From the NCBI RefSeq assembly GCF_009914755.1, contig NC_060926.1: a DNA stretch of 64,000 nucleotides. One strand, written 5' to 3'. Of this stretch, positions 11,481-24,780 are shown piece by piece; positions within the stretch are counted from its first letter, which is position 1, and every line of letters begins with the position of its first letter. Source of the stretch: the human T2T-CHM13v2.0 reference genome, Homo sapiens. The translations under genes were made by a program, and so were the position numbers. The notes beneath the pieces were generated by a model. That model worked only from the letters and a program-made list of their open reading frames with translations. It made no database searches and was not told the origin of the DNA.

Positions 11481-14329
11481 ATTGGGATGGTCTGAGTAGA
11501 GCAGAGGGCTCTAGTTGACTTAAACAGTAAGGGGTGTGCTGTCTCTCAGAGCCAGAGGCAGGTCGTGGGACCTCATTCCCTCCAGCTCTCCCCTCGGATA
11601 CCTCCTCTTGGCTCCTCCTAAAGCTGGTCTTGGGTTGCAAGGTGCAGCAGCTGGCCCGGGAATCCCATCCAGCTGCCACTGTGCCCAGAGGAGGAACAGG
11701 GACTTTCTCTTTCAGGATTGAGAAAACCCAAGAGGCCCCCAACAAACTTCCCCTTGGTCTTGTAGCCTGCAAGCGGGTGTAGGCCCATATGTAGACTAGT
11801 CCATGGCAGGGAGGGGACAGGCTCTACCAAACCTGGCTGTAGATGATGTCCAGGGTGGCTGCAGGCAGGACCTCCCACCTCACGTGGGAAATCATGTTAC
11901 AGTGTAAAGCAGGAAAAGCAATAGCACCCCCAAAAAGTATATAACAGAAATTACCTCTACTGCCCTGGCAGCTCTCCTTTAATTTGAAATCATTTCAAAA
12001 TAAAAAATATCTGAGATTACTTTCCTAGGTTACTTTAGCAAATCAGTGAGAGGTGAAGAGAGTGCACTGATGGTAGTAACATCTGTTTCTGTCATCATTT
12101 CCTTTTATTTTCTTGATAAAGAGGAATCAACTGTAACAACCTCGTTGGACTGTCTTGCAAGGGGTGGGTATTTAGTCAATACTAAAGCTATAGAACTGAA
12201 ATATGCAAATAACAAATGTTTAAATTTGTTGCCTCCCCTTCCTAAATTGTATGTATAGCATGACCACAGTCTCAAACTGGGAGCAGAGCCAAAAGCTGGT
12301 GTGCAGGTAGTTTATTTGGAAACAGTTACCAGGGACTAGCCTGAGGGAACTGGAGAGAGAAAGGGGAGGAGGGAAAACGAATCCACCAAGAGCACATGGT
12401 TCTGTTGACCATCACTGTGGACAACTGGAGCTCCACCCCACTGGAGCCTTGTAAAATGTGGCTCAGACCAGCCACCCAGGAAACAAAATGGGGAGCGTTT
12501 GTCCACTGGGTCGCGTTCATGGGCAGAGCACACCGCACTTCTGGGCTGGCCATGCACAAAGGCTGAGGGCTGCAACATTGGAGAGGCACCAAGGGTGGTC
12601 ACAGGCAAAGGGCCGTCACCTCTGCACAAAGCTGCTGCAAACCCACACGGAGCCAGTCTCCCTTGAAGTGGTGCCCAAGAGGTGTCTGAAACATCCTATA
12701 AAATCAAAAGCCCTGCACCCCGGCACACAGTGAGCTCGAGGGCACAGATTCTACCATAATCAGCTCTTCGGCACCACTGAAGGGAGGATCTCAACAAATG
12801 TTTGCTGAAAAAGAATGAAAAGCTGATAGAGGAAGGCACAGACAGGTTAATGGTTACCTTTGGGTGGGAGGTTAAGGGCTTCCCCCGACCCCATCTCTCT
12901 GTATTTCCTATGCTTTCTCTAATAGAAACGTTCTTTTCATGAGGAAAACATTGTATTTTCCTGTTTTAAATCCCCTCAATAATTTCAGAAGGTATTGCAG
13001 AGGAAGAGTGAGCCTCTGACAGATAAATGCTCTTTTCTCTCGAGTGATCTGATGACAAAGTCATCCACAGAGACTGGTGTTTCCCACTGGTCATTTTGAT
13101 CTTAGCCAGCCGGTTGTCATAAATAAAAGGGCCGTCCCTCGCAGCCCAGAAGACAGGCCATGGGTTGAATGCTTTTGTTCTTTTTCTGGGAGTGAGGGGT
13201 ACTGTAGACTGAACCAGGCACGTGGGCTAGAGAGGAAAGAACGCTGGCTTCAAAGCTGGCCAGGCTCTACTCCTGGCGATGCCCCCACCAGCCGAGTGAC
13301 CTAGGGCAGGCATACAGCCTCTCTGATCCTCCAGTTGCTCTTCTCCAAAGCAGTTCCCGGCAGAGCTGGAGGAGGATCGGGAGCGAAGGGGCCTTCCTCA
13401 CCCAGTGGGGCTCAACAAAGATCAGTTCTTGTGCCGTCCTTCCTGGTTTGTGATCAGACCATGCGAGGGAAAGCCGGCCCTGACAACTGCCTGCGGTGGG
13501 GAGCCAGGGAGGACAGGGCAGTGGGCGGGTGCAGCAGGCACAGCAGCCAGGACTCCCAGTGCCCGGGCCTGGGCCCATCCCCTTCACTGCATGGAGCACA
13601 GGTCAAGTGCCAAGTGTCCCGCGATGACCATTGATCACACAGCCCAAACAAGCCCGAGATTTGGTTTTATTTCTCCTCTGGAAATTTAAGGACAATAGCA
13701 GTCTCTTCCTTAGGAAACTTTGGAGTGGACCAAATCACATGTGCGTGGCACTTGATTAACAATGGCGCTACAAGGGAGTGTTTGATGTGCACCAGGGACT
13801 CTCAGCGTTTCAGTCCTCACCATAGACCTGCCAGCCCAATAGGAAACTGAGGTGGACAGCAGGGAGGAGAGTAACCTGTCCAAGGCCACATGGCTTAGTG
13901 GCTCAACTGGGAATGAGACCTGGTCTGACTTCAGAGCCTGAGCTCTGATCCCCTACGCTGTGAGTCTCTGGACACGGCGGTGCTGCTTGTTTATTTTTGC
14001 AGCGGGGTGCTGTTGTTGCTGACACGTCTGTGCCCATGTAAGGCTGGGCCTGCTGCTTCTGCTGGAGCTGGCCCTTTAAGCCTCCCGGGTGTGGGGAGCC
14101 TGCCCTATGGTGCAACCCTGTTCCCTGGAGCTGGCGGCATTACTGCTACAGTAAGGAATGTCCCTGGGGAGATTTAGTGCCTGGTGATAGACATGTGGGC
14201 TTGATTTACCCCCGCACTGCTCCATTCAGCCCTAGGCAGGCAGTGCACCGGGGCAGAGTTGGTGAATAACTAGAGAAACCAGAGGGGTGCACAGGGTGCT
14301 GGGCGAGGGGGCACGGAGCCCGCAACTGA

Positions 14330-14455
14330 AGGGCACTTTTCTGTGCCAGGCCTGTGATCTCAGCAACTACTCAAAACAAGCCTATCAGGTTACACATCCA
14401 TTTTACAGAGGAGGAAACGGAGGCTCAGCGAGGTGAAGCCACCTGACCCAGGGAG
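14330..14455 (-). mobile_element. MIR fragment
   Basis: ccattttacagaggaggaaacggaggctcagcgaggtgaagccacctgaccca. Confidence 0.8.
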
Positions 14456-15884
14456 TAGTCAAAAGAACTGAGGAAATCTTTGCTTACTGCAAGGAAGGGC
14501 CTCCTGGGACCATGGCATTTGTCTGAGCCTCTGGGACCAGGCCCTGGGGGCTCCGAGCCACTATCCCAGCCCTGCCAATCTTCCTGTCACCAGAATCCAG
14601 ACCCTTCTCACAGGGCTCTCAGTTCTGCAAGCCCCCTGTTTCCAGTTAGTGAGAGACTCCCTTTATCAGCCTTGGCAAGGAGCCCTTCAGTCTGCCAAGC
14701 CCACCCCTGGGCCCTGGCAGGGTCTCTGGCAGGAATGGCTGGAGGGGCTTCCCTTTCTGTCTTCCATGCCGTCTGGGGACCTTCCCACCTCCTCCCCTTT
14801 GTCCTTGCTGTCTGCCGTCTGCCACCCCCTCTGCCCATCCCTCCTGTCCTGCCCAGGTGCCGCCTCTGCACAAGGCCTTCCCTGACTGTGCGCTCAGGGC
14901 TCTCCTCTTCTCTCTGGCCTTAGTGCCTGGTGACTGCACAGGATGGAGAGCTCAGCTCTGGCCTCTGCGGTTTTGCCCTCATTTCTGATCTCTCTCATCT
15001 GGCCACCTCCCCAGGAGATCTCAGGAAGATACCCTGCCAGGGCACCTTGAGAAGTCAGATGGTGCCATGGGCTCTTCCTCGCCTCCCAGCACCTGCCCAA
15101 AGCATCAGCCGGTGAGGACCTTAGCGCCCCAGTGCCCTCAGCTTCAGCAGCTGAAGGAGGCTGCTGGGCCTGGAGGGGAGCAGAGCTGGGCCAGCCAAGG
15201 GTGCGCATTGTGTGGCTATGCAGCCTGGGTGTGTCACCGCCTGGTACGCCCAGATGTAAGATGAGTGGGCTGACCCAATTCCTTTAATTCCATCCCTTTA
15301 GGAGACTGAGGTTCAGTCTCCACACTGTGCTCATTAAGGCAGGAAGGAGGGAGCTGCTCATGGCCCACAGTGGCCTATCATTTGGAGTTATTGAGCACAG
15401 ACTGTGCCTGAGTTAGCCACAGAGCCCTGAAGGTGCTCCCGCCCCCCGGTGTCCTCATGAAACCTTGAGTTTCACTCATCACGGTGCTGCTATTGCAGAT
15501 ACTCTACTGGGCGGATGCCACCTGCCTGCTGCTTGCAGGATCGTAAATGGGCAGTGCCCAAGCAACAGAGCAGGTAAGCAAGGGAGGACATCCCCCGATT
15601 CCTCAATGGAGGAATCACCCCTTTCCCAGGGACACTGCAGATCTGGCTTAACTGGCCCTGGCGGAAGAGGACCTGGGATCCTTGATTCATTCACAATGTA
15701 TCAACAATGCACCACATCTGTTGTGTTTGCTATTGCTTCTATTGCTTCCACTGCACCTGTTACCATCAGTATTAGTTCCCATGGGGCTACTGCAATGGTC
15801 ACTGGATGGGAATCTGGAGACCTGGGTTCTAGGCTAGCCTCTGTGTGTCCTGAATTATTCACGTCACCTTTCTGTTGTGTTTGT

Positions 15885-16395
15885 CAGCACCCTCTCTGTT
15901 ATAAAGAACAAAATCCCCAATAACACATTTCAAAAAGAGAATTTGTTGGTCACATAATTGAAAGCTCCCATAGTCTTGTGGGCTTGAGGTACAGGTTGAC
16001 CCAGTGATTTTCGGAAGCATCAGGCTCTGGTGCTATTCTGCCATTCCTTTTGTCCTTCCTCCTGCAGTATACTGGGCTTTCTCCCTAGGCGCAGGCCCTT
16101 CAGGAGATCAGAAATACCTGCAACAATCCCAGGCCACATCTTCTCACATCCCTGATCCTGAGGAAGAGAGGGCCTGACTCCTCTCACTCCTGGCAGAAAG
16201 GATGCCCGTTGGGCTAGCTTAGGTCTCAGGCTGGTCCCCAAATCAATCACCATGACCAGAGGAACAGAACGTGGGGGTTGGCTTAGCTAGAATCAGAAGC
16301 CCACCTCTAAGACGAGGTGAAGTGGACTTTCCCAGGCCACATGGAGCAGTTAGGGAAGGCGAAGGTGGTTACGGATGGAGAGGATGCAACACAAT
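15885..16395 (-). mobile_element. Old MLT1 (J/K/L-type) MaLR LTR
   Basis: gaatttgttggtcacataattgaaagctcc...ggcttgaggtacaggttgacccag and ccccaaatcaatcaccatgaccagagg resemble antisense old MLT1. Confidence 0.6.
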
Positions 16396-17049
16396 TTACT
16401 TTGTTTGATTTTGGACAAATCAGTTACTCTTCCTGTCTCTACTTTTTCATTTACAAAATGAGAGCATTTGTCCAAAGTCCGTTTTCTTTATTTTTAAAAA
16501 GTATTTCACCTACCAAAATCAAAAGGATCCAAAGTCCCTTCTAAAGCTAATATTCTGAGACTGCCCGTCATCTTCATCTTCCGTGCTGAACCACTGAGAC
16601 CACAGCAAGGGCCATAGCTTGCCTCATGCTGTCCATGAAGAAAGGGTTTCCTGGGCAAAATACTGAGACCAGGTCTTCACCAGCAAACAAGCATTGGTTG
16701 TGTTCTCGTTCTGTGCATGTGCACATGCTACTGCTGTGAAAAATCCTCGGAGGTATAAGGCCCAGTCCATGGAATTCGACAAACGTTGACTGGGTACCTA
16801 CTGTGCACAGTGCAAATTAAACATAACAGTGACATGGTCCAGTTGGGAGATCTCCAGTTGCAAAGTCCATTGGTGCCTCCCAACAGTCCTGCGAGGTGGA
16901 CAGATGACAAGAGAATAAGACAAAAGAGAGAGAGGCAAGAATGGCTCACGGTTGGTACGGCCATGACTGTTCTACGTGTTCAGGGGCAAGGCCGTGGCTC
17001 CAGGCTTAAGTGATTATGAAGGGGGAGTCACTTGAATGCACTTTGAAGG

Positions 17050-18085
17050 CAGGGCTGGCTACATTATTTGTGAGGCCCAGTGCAACGGGAAAACATGAAT
17101 CCCTACTCAAAAAGCAGGAAAAAGTGCCTCTCAAGGTACTAACATATAAAGCTTTTTTCTTTCTTTTGTGGTTTCTCTCTCAACTTGTGATGTTTGTTTT
17201 GTTTGTTTGCTATTTAATGTTACTCTAGGTAAATAAAAGTAAAAACTAAATTATTAGTAAAGTTAAACTATTAGAATACATTTTACTCTTTATCTTTATA
17301 GTATACAATGGCAGTTTTAAATGCAAATATAAAAACATTTAACTCCTATGCAGAATCACTAAAATTACACACTTTGTATTTCAAAGCATATACAGCATAT
17401 GTGTTTTGTTCTCACCAGAACAGTGGAAACAGTAGAATACTAACTCGACTGTTTTTATTTCACTTCTTATTATGCACACATTCTACCAACGCTCTCCACC
17501 TCAGCTCGCTGATGAGGAAGGAAAGACGTCAAGGAAAAGGAACTGCGGGTGGCCCTGTCTTTCCCGGTCCTTCCTTGTCATCATTTCCAGCACAAGTGGT
17601 TGCTCACACGGGGAAGCGATGCAAGGAAGAGAGGATATGACAGGGCTCCTTCATCATGTGTGTTTCTCAGAATGCCACGGCCTTCTGTCTGCGCTAGGAG
17701 CAAGTTCTGGTTGGAATGGAAAGCGAGACCTTTCGCAGTTGCCAGCGCCCCCCGTGCTCAGCTGCAGGAGTAACTCACTTCTCTTGTACTCAGTGAATGT
17801 CGCTGAACTCTCCTGCATCGTGGGCTCCCTGGAGTTCTGTGCTCTGGGGCATCACAAACGCTGGAGGTGAATGCAGCAGCCAGGAACGGGTTTGTGCGGA
17901 TCTCCTCTTCTCCTTTGCAGGCCCCAATATCCCATTGGATTTCACTCCCAAAACACAAGATAAAAGATAAAATTATCAAAGAGTTTCAAGATGGCAAGAT
18001 CGGAGCAATCAACCGAGCTTGGGATCCTTCTGTGCATAGGGCCCTGTGAAACTGCTCAGGTCCTATGCCCGTGAGGCTGGCCCTG
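17050..18085 (-). mobile_element. MER45B-type hAT-Tip100 non-autonomous DNA transposon, apparently full length
   Basis: Terminal inverted repeats cagggctggct (17050) and ggctggccctg (ends 18085). 8-bp TSD tttgaagg (17042-17049) / tctgaagg (18086-18093), 7/8 identical. Both ends match the MER45 consensus in antisense. Confidence 0.88.
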
Positions 18086-18770
18086 TCTGAAGGACTGGCA
18101 GGATGTGTGTGGGCAGAAAGAGAGGACAGAGGGCATCCCAGGCAAGAGGGGCTTCAGCAAAGACGCAGGGGTAGGAACATTCCTGGAACACTTAAAAGAG
18201 AGAGAGGGAAAGCCTGGTTAGGAATGGGGTCCCGTTGGTGAGCATGGGCCAGGAGAGAGGCTTACCATCTTGGAAACTTCCGTATCACTCCGCTGGGCCT
18301 GTGGACCCTGAACATGTGGCTCCCGTGCCTCCCCAGGCCTGAATCAGCTCTGCCTGAGGCTCCCCGCACTGTTTCCCCACTGGACCTTTCACGCATGGGT
18401 GTAATTATTTGTTAAATGAGGGCCAACTGCACTGGACCCCACGCTCGTTGAGAAAGGAGTAGATGCTGCTCTGTGTTTCTGAACCTCCCTTAGTGCCTGA
18501 CATTATGGAAGGAAGAAAGAAGAGCTCACTCCTCAGGAGTTACACTTTTTTAGCATGGGATTCAAGTAGCTGATTCCTTAAGCTACCAGCAATTTCATCT
18601 TGAAAAATGACCTAATTCTCTAGTTTCCCATTAATTTAGACTGGCTTTCTCTTTGATAGAACAAAAGAGAGCCGCACCTCGTCAGAAGAGTGACTGCAGA
18701 TGCACGAAATGAGTGGGCCTTTCTGCCTATGGGTGACATCATCTTAAAGCTTTAGAAAAGTCACAGACGT

Positions 18771-19076
<306 letters not shown>

Positions 19077-19979
19077 TCACAGACGTTATGCTCCTTCGGT
19101 AGTGGTAGTGTAAGCGATGAGATCTGGCAAGGGCAAAGAGGATGACTGGATGGATTATAATAAGGCAGATAAATGTGGAAGATAAGACCCCAGACCCTAG
19201 CGTCTTTCCAGCTCTGAAATGCCTTTGTTCTCAGTGAGGCTGGTTGAACAACTATGTTGTTGATTCAGGTTGGTTTCACATACCTCTGAGAGGAGAAGAA
19301 AGAAATATTTCTGGGCTGTTTGGTGAATGCGTTTCATGGATAGAGAGAGGGCAAAGAGGGACAACCTTTACAGATTATATATTGGCTTAAGTCTACTCAC
19401 CACCAAGCAATTGGCTAAAGATGTCAAGTTTTCCTGGTTCGGTTTTCAAAGTTACATTGCAGAACAAACATTTAAATTCCTGGTGGATTGTCTCCCGGTT
19501 TCCCTCCAGATGTTTGGTGTGGTGTAGATATCACAGTAAATAAATGTGTTTAAAAGTCTAATAAATTAGGCTAGAGGGTGTGTGGGGGAGGGGGGTGCTA
19601 TTTTGCTGTGGCCCTGGGACAAAGACACAGTGGGGATCAAGAGGTTCCTTGCACCTTCGGCTTGGTAGGTATGGCGGGGAGTGCTGTCAGCAGGCTCGGG
19701 AGCAGTGAGGTGGTGTGGTGAGGAATGCACCGGAGAGGCTGACACTGCCCGAGCTGTCAGAATTCACATTGCCGGAAATGCAGGAATGAGTGGAGAGGGG
19801 GCTGCGGGGGTGTGTGTACGTGGGAATGTGCAGAAAGACAGTGCGTGTCCTCGTTGGCGGCGGCCGTGGCTGGGCTGGAACTGAACAGGGCGGGAGGCAG
19901 GGCCCAATCCTGGAATCCACTTGTCAATCCCTGGCTCCAGATGTCTGCACTGGGGGATTGGGGCTGCCTGGATGGGGAA

Positions 19980-20230
19980 ACTGACAAGCTGTGGTTACGT
20001 CACCGTCCAAAGGCCTGATTGACTCATGCCGCCCACTAGATGCCTTTTATGACTTGTGGCGCTGGGGCCAAACGAATTTGCACGGTCATGTGTTACTGAG
20101 CAGTTGAGGGGGAAAAAAGTCGCTTTTGGTGGTTTTAACTGTGAGATTAAACATTCTTCAGGAGGACAGCAGAAAAACAGGCTGGGAGATTAAACGAAAC
20201 AAACCCAGCTGTGTTTGGGGAGTTGAACGC
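19980..20230. promoter_or_regulatory. Candidate enhancer (RUNX/bZIP/HOX motif cluster)
   Basis: TGTGGTT 19990, TTACGTCA 19995, TGATTGAC 20016 overlapping TGACTCA 20020, TTTATGAC 20046. Non-repetitive block with retained CpGs. Motif-level evidence only. Confidence 0.45.
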
Positions 20231-21756
20231 TTCTCTTCCAGTCTCCTACTCTCAGAACAAGATCAGGTGAGGCGCAAGACATCTTCTCTGGGAAGGTCCC
20301 TCTCTGCTGGGGAGGCAGAAGCTGCAATAAAAATGACACACACTGATGAAGGTTGGGACCTGGGGAATGTGCCCATCTGCCGCGGGAGCTGCCTCTGTTG
20401 TGCTGCCGTCTAGCTGTTTCCCAGGGTCATTTGCCAGCTTTGATATCCCAGAGGGAGTTATTTAAGTTGCCACCTTTGAGACAGGTGAACTGTCGCCTCA
20501 TTTATGACTGACTGAGCCCCAAGCTAAGGTGCCTGTCGATCAGGATCACTTTTTCATACACCCAGGGCCTGTGGCTGAGCATAAGTGTGTCAAACACCTG
20601 TAGGCCAGAGCTGACTGCCCGAGGGAGATGCTGATCGGGCAGGCCTGGGCTTCATGAGTTTAGCCTGCCTTCTGGTAGCTAGAACCTGCCACTCTGCAGC
20701 TGGGAAAACTGAGGCCCAGAAGGAATCAGGCCTTACTCTAAGAACCACTACATAATGGGCGATCCAGACTTTGGACCTGGAAGCAAAACTGACACTGCCC
20801 TACTCACTAGCCATGCGACAATTGGTTAATCCTTCTAAGTCCATTTTCCCATCTGTTAAACGGGGGTGATGATGATACTAGCATCTTCTTGGGGCTTTCC
20901 TGTGAAAGTTCAATAAAGATTCATATGTAATGGGTGATTTTCTGAGAAAAATTCGCATCTTAGCCTTTTTACTGTTAATGAATTGTTCTCTGGGGCAGCT
21001 GGGCATCTGAGTCCCATGCTCCAGCCCCTAACAGCCTGTGGGTTTAAGGGCTTTAGGGTTTTGGGACCCAAAAAGGATAATTCAACCATGGAATCCCAAA
21101 AAGACAAGAAATGGAGGCTTTGGTATACCAAATGAGAGAGAGAGAGAGAGACAGAGAATATGTGTAGCTCAGCTCTATGGGGCTGATGAGGAAGGAGGAC
21201 AGAGATATAACAGGATGGGCCATGGGACCTGGGACTTCCAAATCCATAGCCACTCAAGTGGCCCAACCTATGGTGGAAAAGACCACCTTGGTACCTGGGA
21301 CTCATGAGTCCAACCAAGGAGGCCCCATAGCCTGCATGAGGTCCCTCTAGCTGGCTGGCTTCAAGGAAGTGTGGCCAACAGCAGGAGATGCCCTTCACAG
21401 CAGGGGCAAAGCTGAGCTGGGCAGGAGGCCAGGCTGGCAAACCTTACCCCAAAGATGCCTGCCAAACATGCCCAGAGAGGGGACACCACTGCCCACTATG
21501 CAGCAGAGCTTCCTAATATGCCTTAGGGCTTACGCAGGGAGGGAGGGAGCATCAGTGAATGACTGACATTGTCATGTTTGCCCAGCTGTGTCAATGGGGA
21601 GAAGGTCTGGAAACAGATATAATGGATTAGATAAATCGATGTGACATTTCTTACATTCAAGCATCATGGATAAATTCACCTCAGAGTCTAGGACACACTA
21701 GCCTAGGTATGCCCTGCAAATGACTATTAATAAAGGACTGTTAAAAATGGACTGGC

Positions 21757-22099
<343 letters not shown>

Positions 22100-22817
22100 T
22101 TAGGCTGCTTCTAGTTTCGGTTGATGAGTGTAGCTCCTGTCAAAGTTTGAAGTGAGCGAGGGCTAGCTTCTTCTCCAAACCTCACAACGACGTGAGAACG
22201 GAAGCAGTCTCTCCAAATTCTGCCACATGGAGACATTTAGAAAACAAGCATTCATTCACGAGGAGCCCCAAATGGCTGTATAAACTCCTGAGTGCCACTG
22301 GTGGAATCCGGGCCCTCTGCCCTTTGAGGAGCTCCTACTCACTTGCATGTGCTTATCTGCAACAAATACAATGTTCCTGGCAGGACTTCTTTGTCCCCAC
22401 AGGCCTCTTACTCAACATTAGGCAAATGGAAGTCCTCCCAGGTGAAGGACTACACCCAGGACTGACAGGCATCAAGCTTCGGGCAGCAACGCCACAGGGC
22501 AGAGCCTCCAGGCCTCACTGGCTTCCTACACAGTTCTTGCAGCCCTGCGAAGTGTCTCTAAATCACACAGGCCTTGAGTACCTCGACTTTCACCAAATGG
22601 AAGCTTATTTCTCATGTCATCATGCTGCTTAACAGGCAACTATTTTTACCAAAAAGAAAACACACCCTCGAACACCCATTTCTGACATTCTCTATGATTG
22701 TTGGCCAAGTGTGGGGTGTCGATGGAGAAAACAGAAGTGGGTACAGTCATCATTCTGGTGTGGGGGCTTCCTCATGAGATTGCCACGCCCACCTGGCCTG
22801 GGACGTGTGGTCAGTGA

Positions 22818-23142
<325 letters not shown>

Positions 23143-23679
23143 TGTGGCTTAACTTAAGTGGCATTCTCCAAGTATCACATTGGAGCAGGCCCTCCAAATG
23201 TGAGGCAGAAGTGGAACTAGAGCTCTGGGCCTGAGCTGGTGGTCCCTTAATTAAAATATAAAATAAGTTAGGAAACAATGCCAGGTTCCTTTTCTTTTGG
23301 TATCTTACTGCTCCCAATTAGCTTACGAGCTTCTTAGGAACAGGGCCAAGATTTTCAGCCACATAATGCTAGATTCATTGTATTTTCTCTTTCTTGAAAT
23401 ATTTATTAAGTGGCTCTTTGGATAGTGGAAAAGTTGGCTGAAAAGACATTTTGGGAAATGAAGGCCTCGATGGCCAGGTTCAAGAATCTGGATTGCATTC
23501 AGGGGAGCCAGGAAACCAATGAACCCTTTTGAGAAGGGAAGTGGCTTGATCAAAGGGATGCTCAACAAGGAGCACTTAGCTGACCAAGCAACCATCCAAG
23601 GGCACCCAAGTCCACGCACGAAGTCATGCTTCTCCCTGGCCGTGCTTCAGTCAAGCTGTTGATTAAGAACAGGGGCTAC

Positions 23680-23820
23680 GGCATATCTATTGTATGCCAG
23701 GCACTCTGCTAGGAGTCTCAATTCCCAAGGCATCTGAGTGAACCATCCTCTTCCCATTTTCCAGAAGAGGAAGCCAAGGCTGAGAATGAGGAGTGACGTG
23801 CTCAGAATCACACAACAGGA
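23680..23820 (-). mobile_element. MIR fragment
   Basis: tgtatgccaggcactctgctagg...cccattttccagaagaggaagccaaggctgaga. Confidence 0.75.
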
Positions 23821-24584
23821 AGGGTGGAGAATCTCTGCCTGGCACAAAGTGCTTCTTTCTATGTTCTGCCTCGACTTGTCCCCAACCCAAGGGATTCTGA
23901 GCTGCTCTGGAGGTATCTGGAATAAGAAGAGACAGATGCAGAGCAGGACAGTTCCAGCTCTTTCTTGGGAACAGCAGTACAGAATGCGAAATGCTTTCAA
24001 GCAATAAAACCCGTTATCTGTGCAGAAACCCATCTGTGCTAAGGAGAATTCCGCAGGGATTATTGTCCCCTGGAGACAGGAGAAGCCATTTGGTGGGCTA
24101 AAGCATCAAGACAAGACCTTGGCTGATTATAAGTCACATTAGACAATTACATTCTTAGCTCCTGGGAGTAATGATGGCTGGATTTGCTCTGATTTCTTCT
24201 TGTTGCAAAATAATGCCTGTTTAGGATATTTTGGCCTTCTGTGTAATAAACCTGTGTATTGGATTGAGTCGAAATATTTGGCACATTAAAAATTACTTTC
24301 AGTCAAGGTTTTTTAAAAGCCCCATTTTTCTGTCCACATTCTCCTTCATTCCAGAGACCCTAAATGTACTCTATGTGGAGACTGATTAGTCATCCCGGGT
24401 GTAGGACCAGCTCTGGGGCAAACAATTAGGGTTTTCATTTTACTCTTTCATACCCACCATGTTGTGAGTGGGGAAGAAAAGCAGGACTGAGGGATGTTAT
24501 GGCTCAGGCTAGCTATGTGTGCCCTCTTTATCTCTGACCTTGGGAAGCCCACACACTGCAAAGAGGCCAGCAGGGATCTGGGGA

Positions 24585-24780
24585 CAGGCAGACTTGGATT
24601 CTGATCTCTGCCCTGCCTCTTCCTAAACCTGTGACCTTGGGCAAGTTGCTCAACCTCTCTGAGGACTGATCTGTTTCTCTGTAAAACAGGGCAACTAATT
24701 GAATTCTTAGGGGATTAAACGAGGCAATGGATACAAAAGCATTGTGACTGTTCAGGAAATGTTAACATGTGGCTGGTAGT
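24585..24780 (+). mobile_element. MIR fragment
   Basis: cagacttggattctgatctctgccctgcc...tgtgaccttgggcaagttgctcaacctctctga...ggattaaacgaggcaatgga. Confidence 0.8.

Noticed and set aside
19085-19130. tccttcggtagtggtagtgtaagcg as a tRNA-like 5' end
   Set aside because: No B box or cloverleaf pairing follows.
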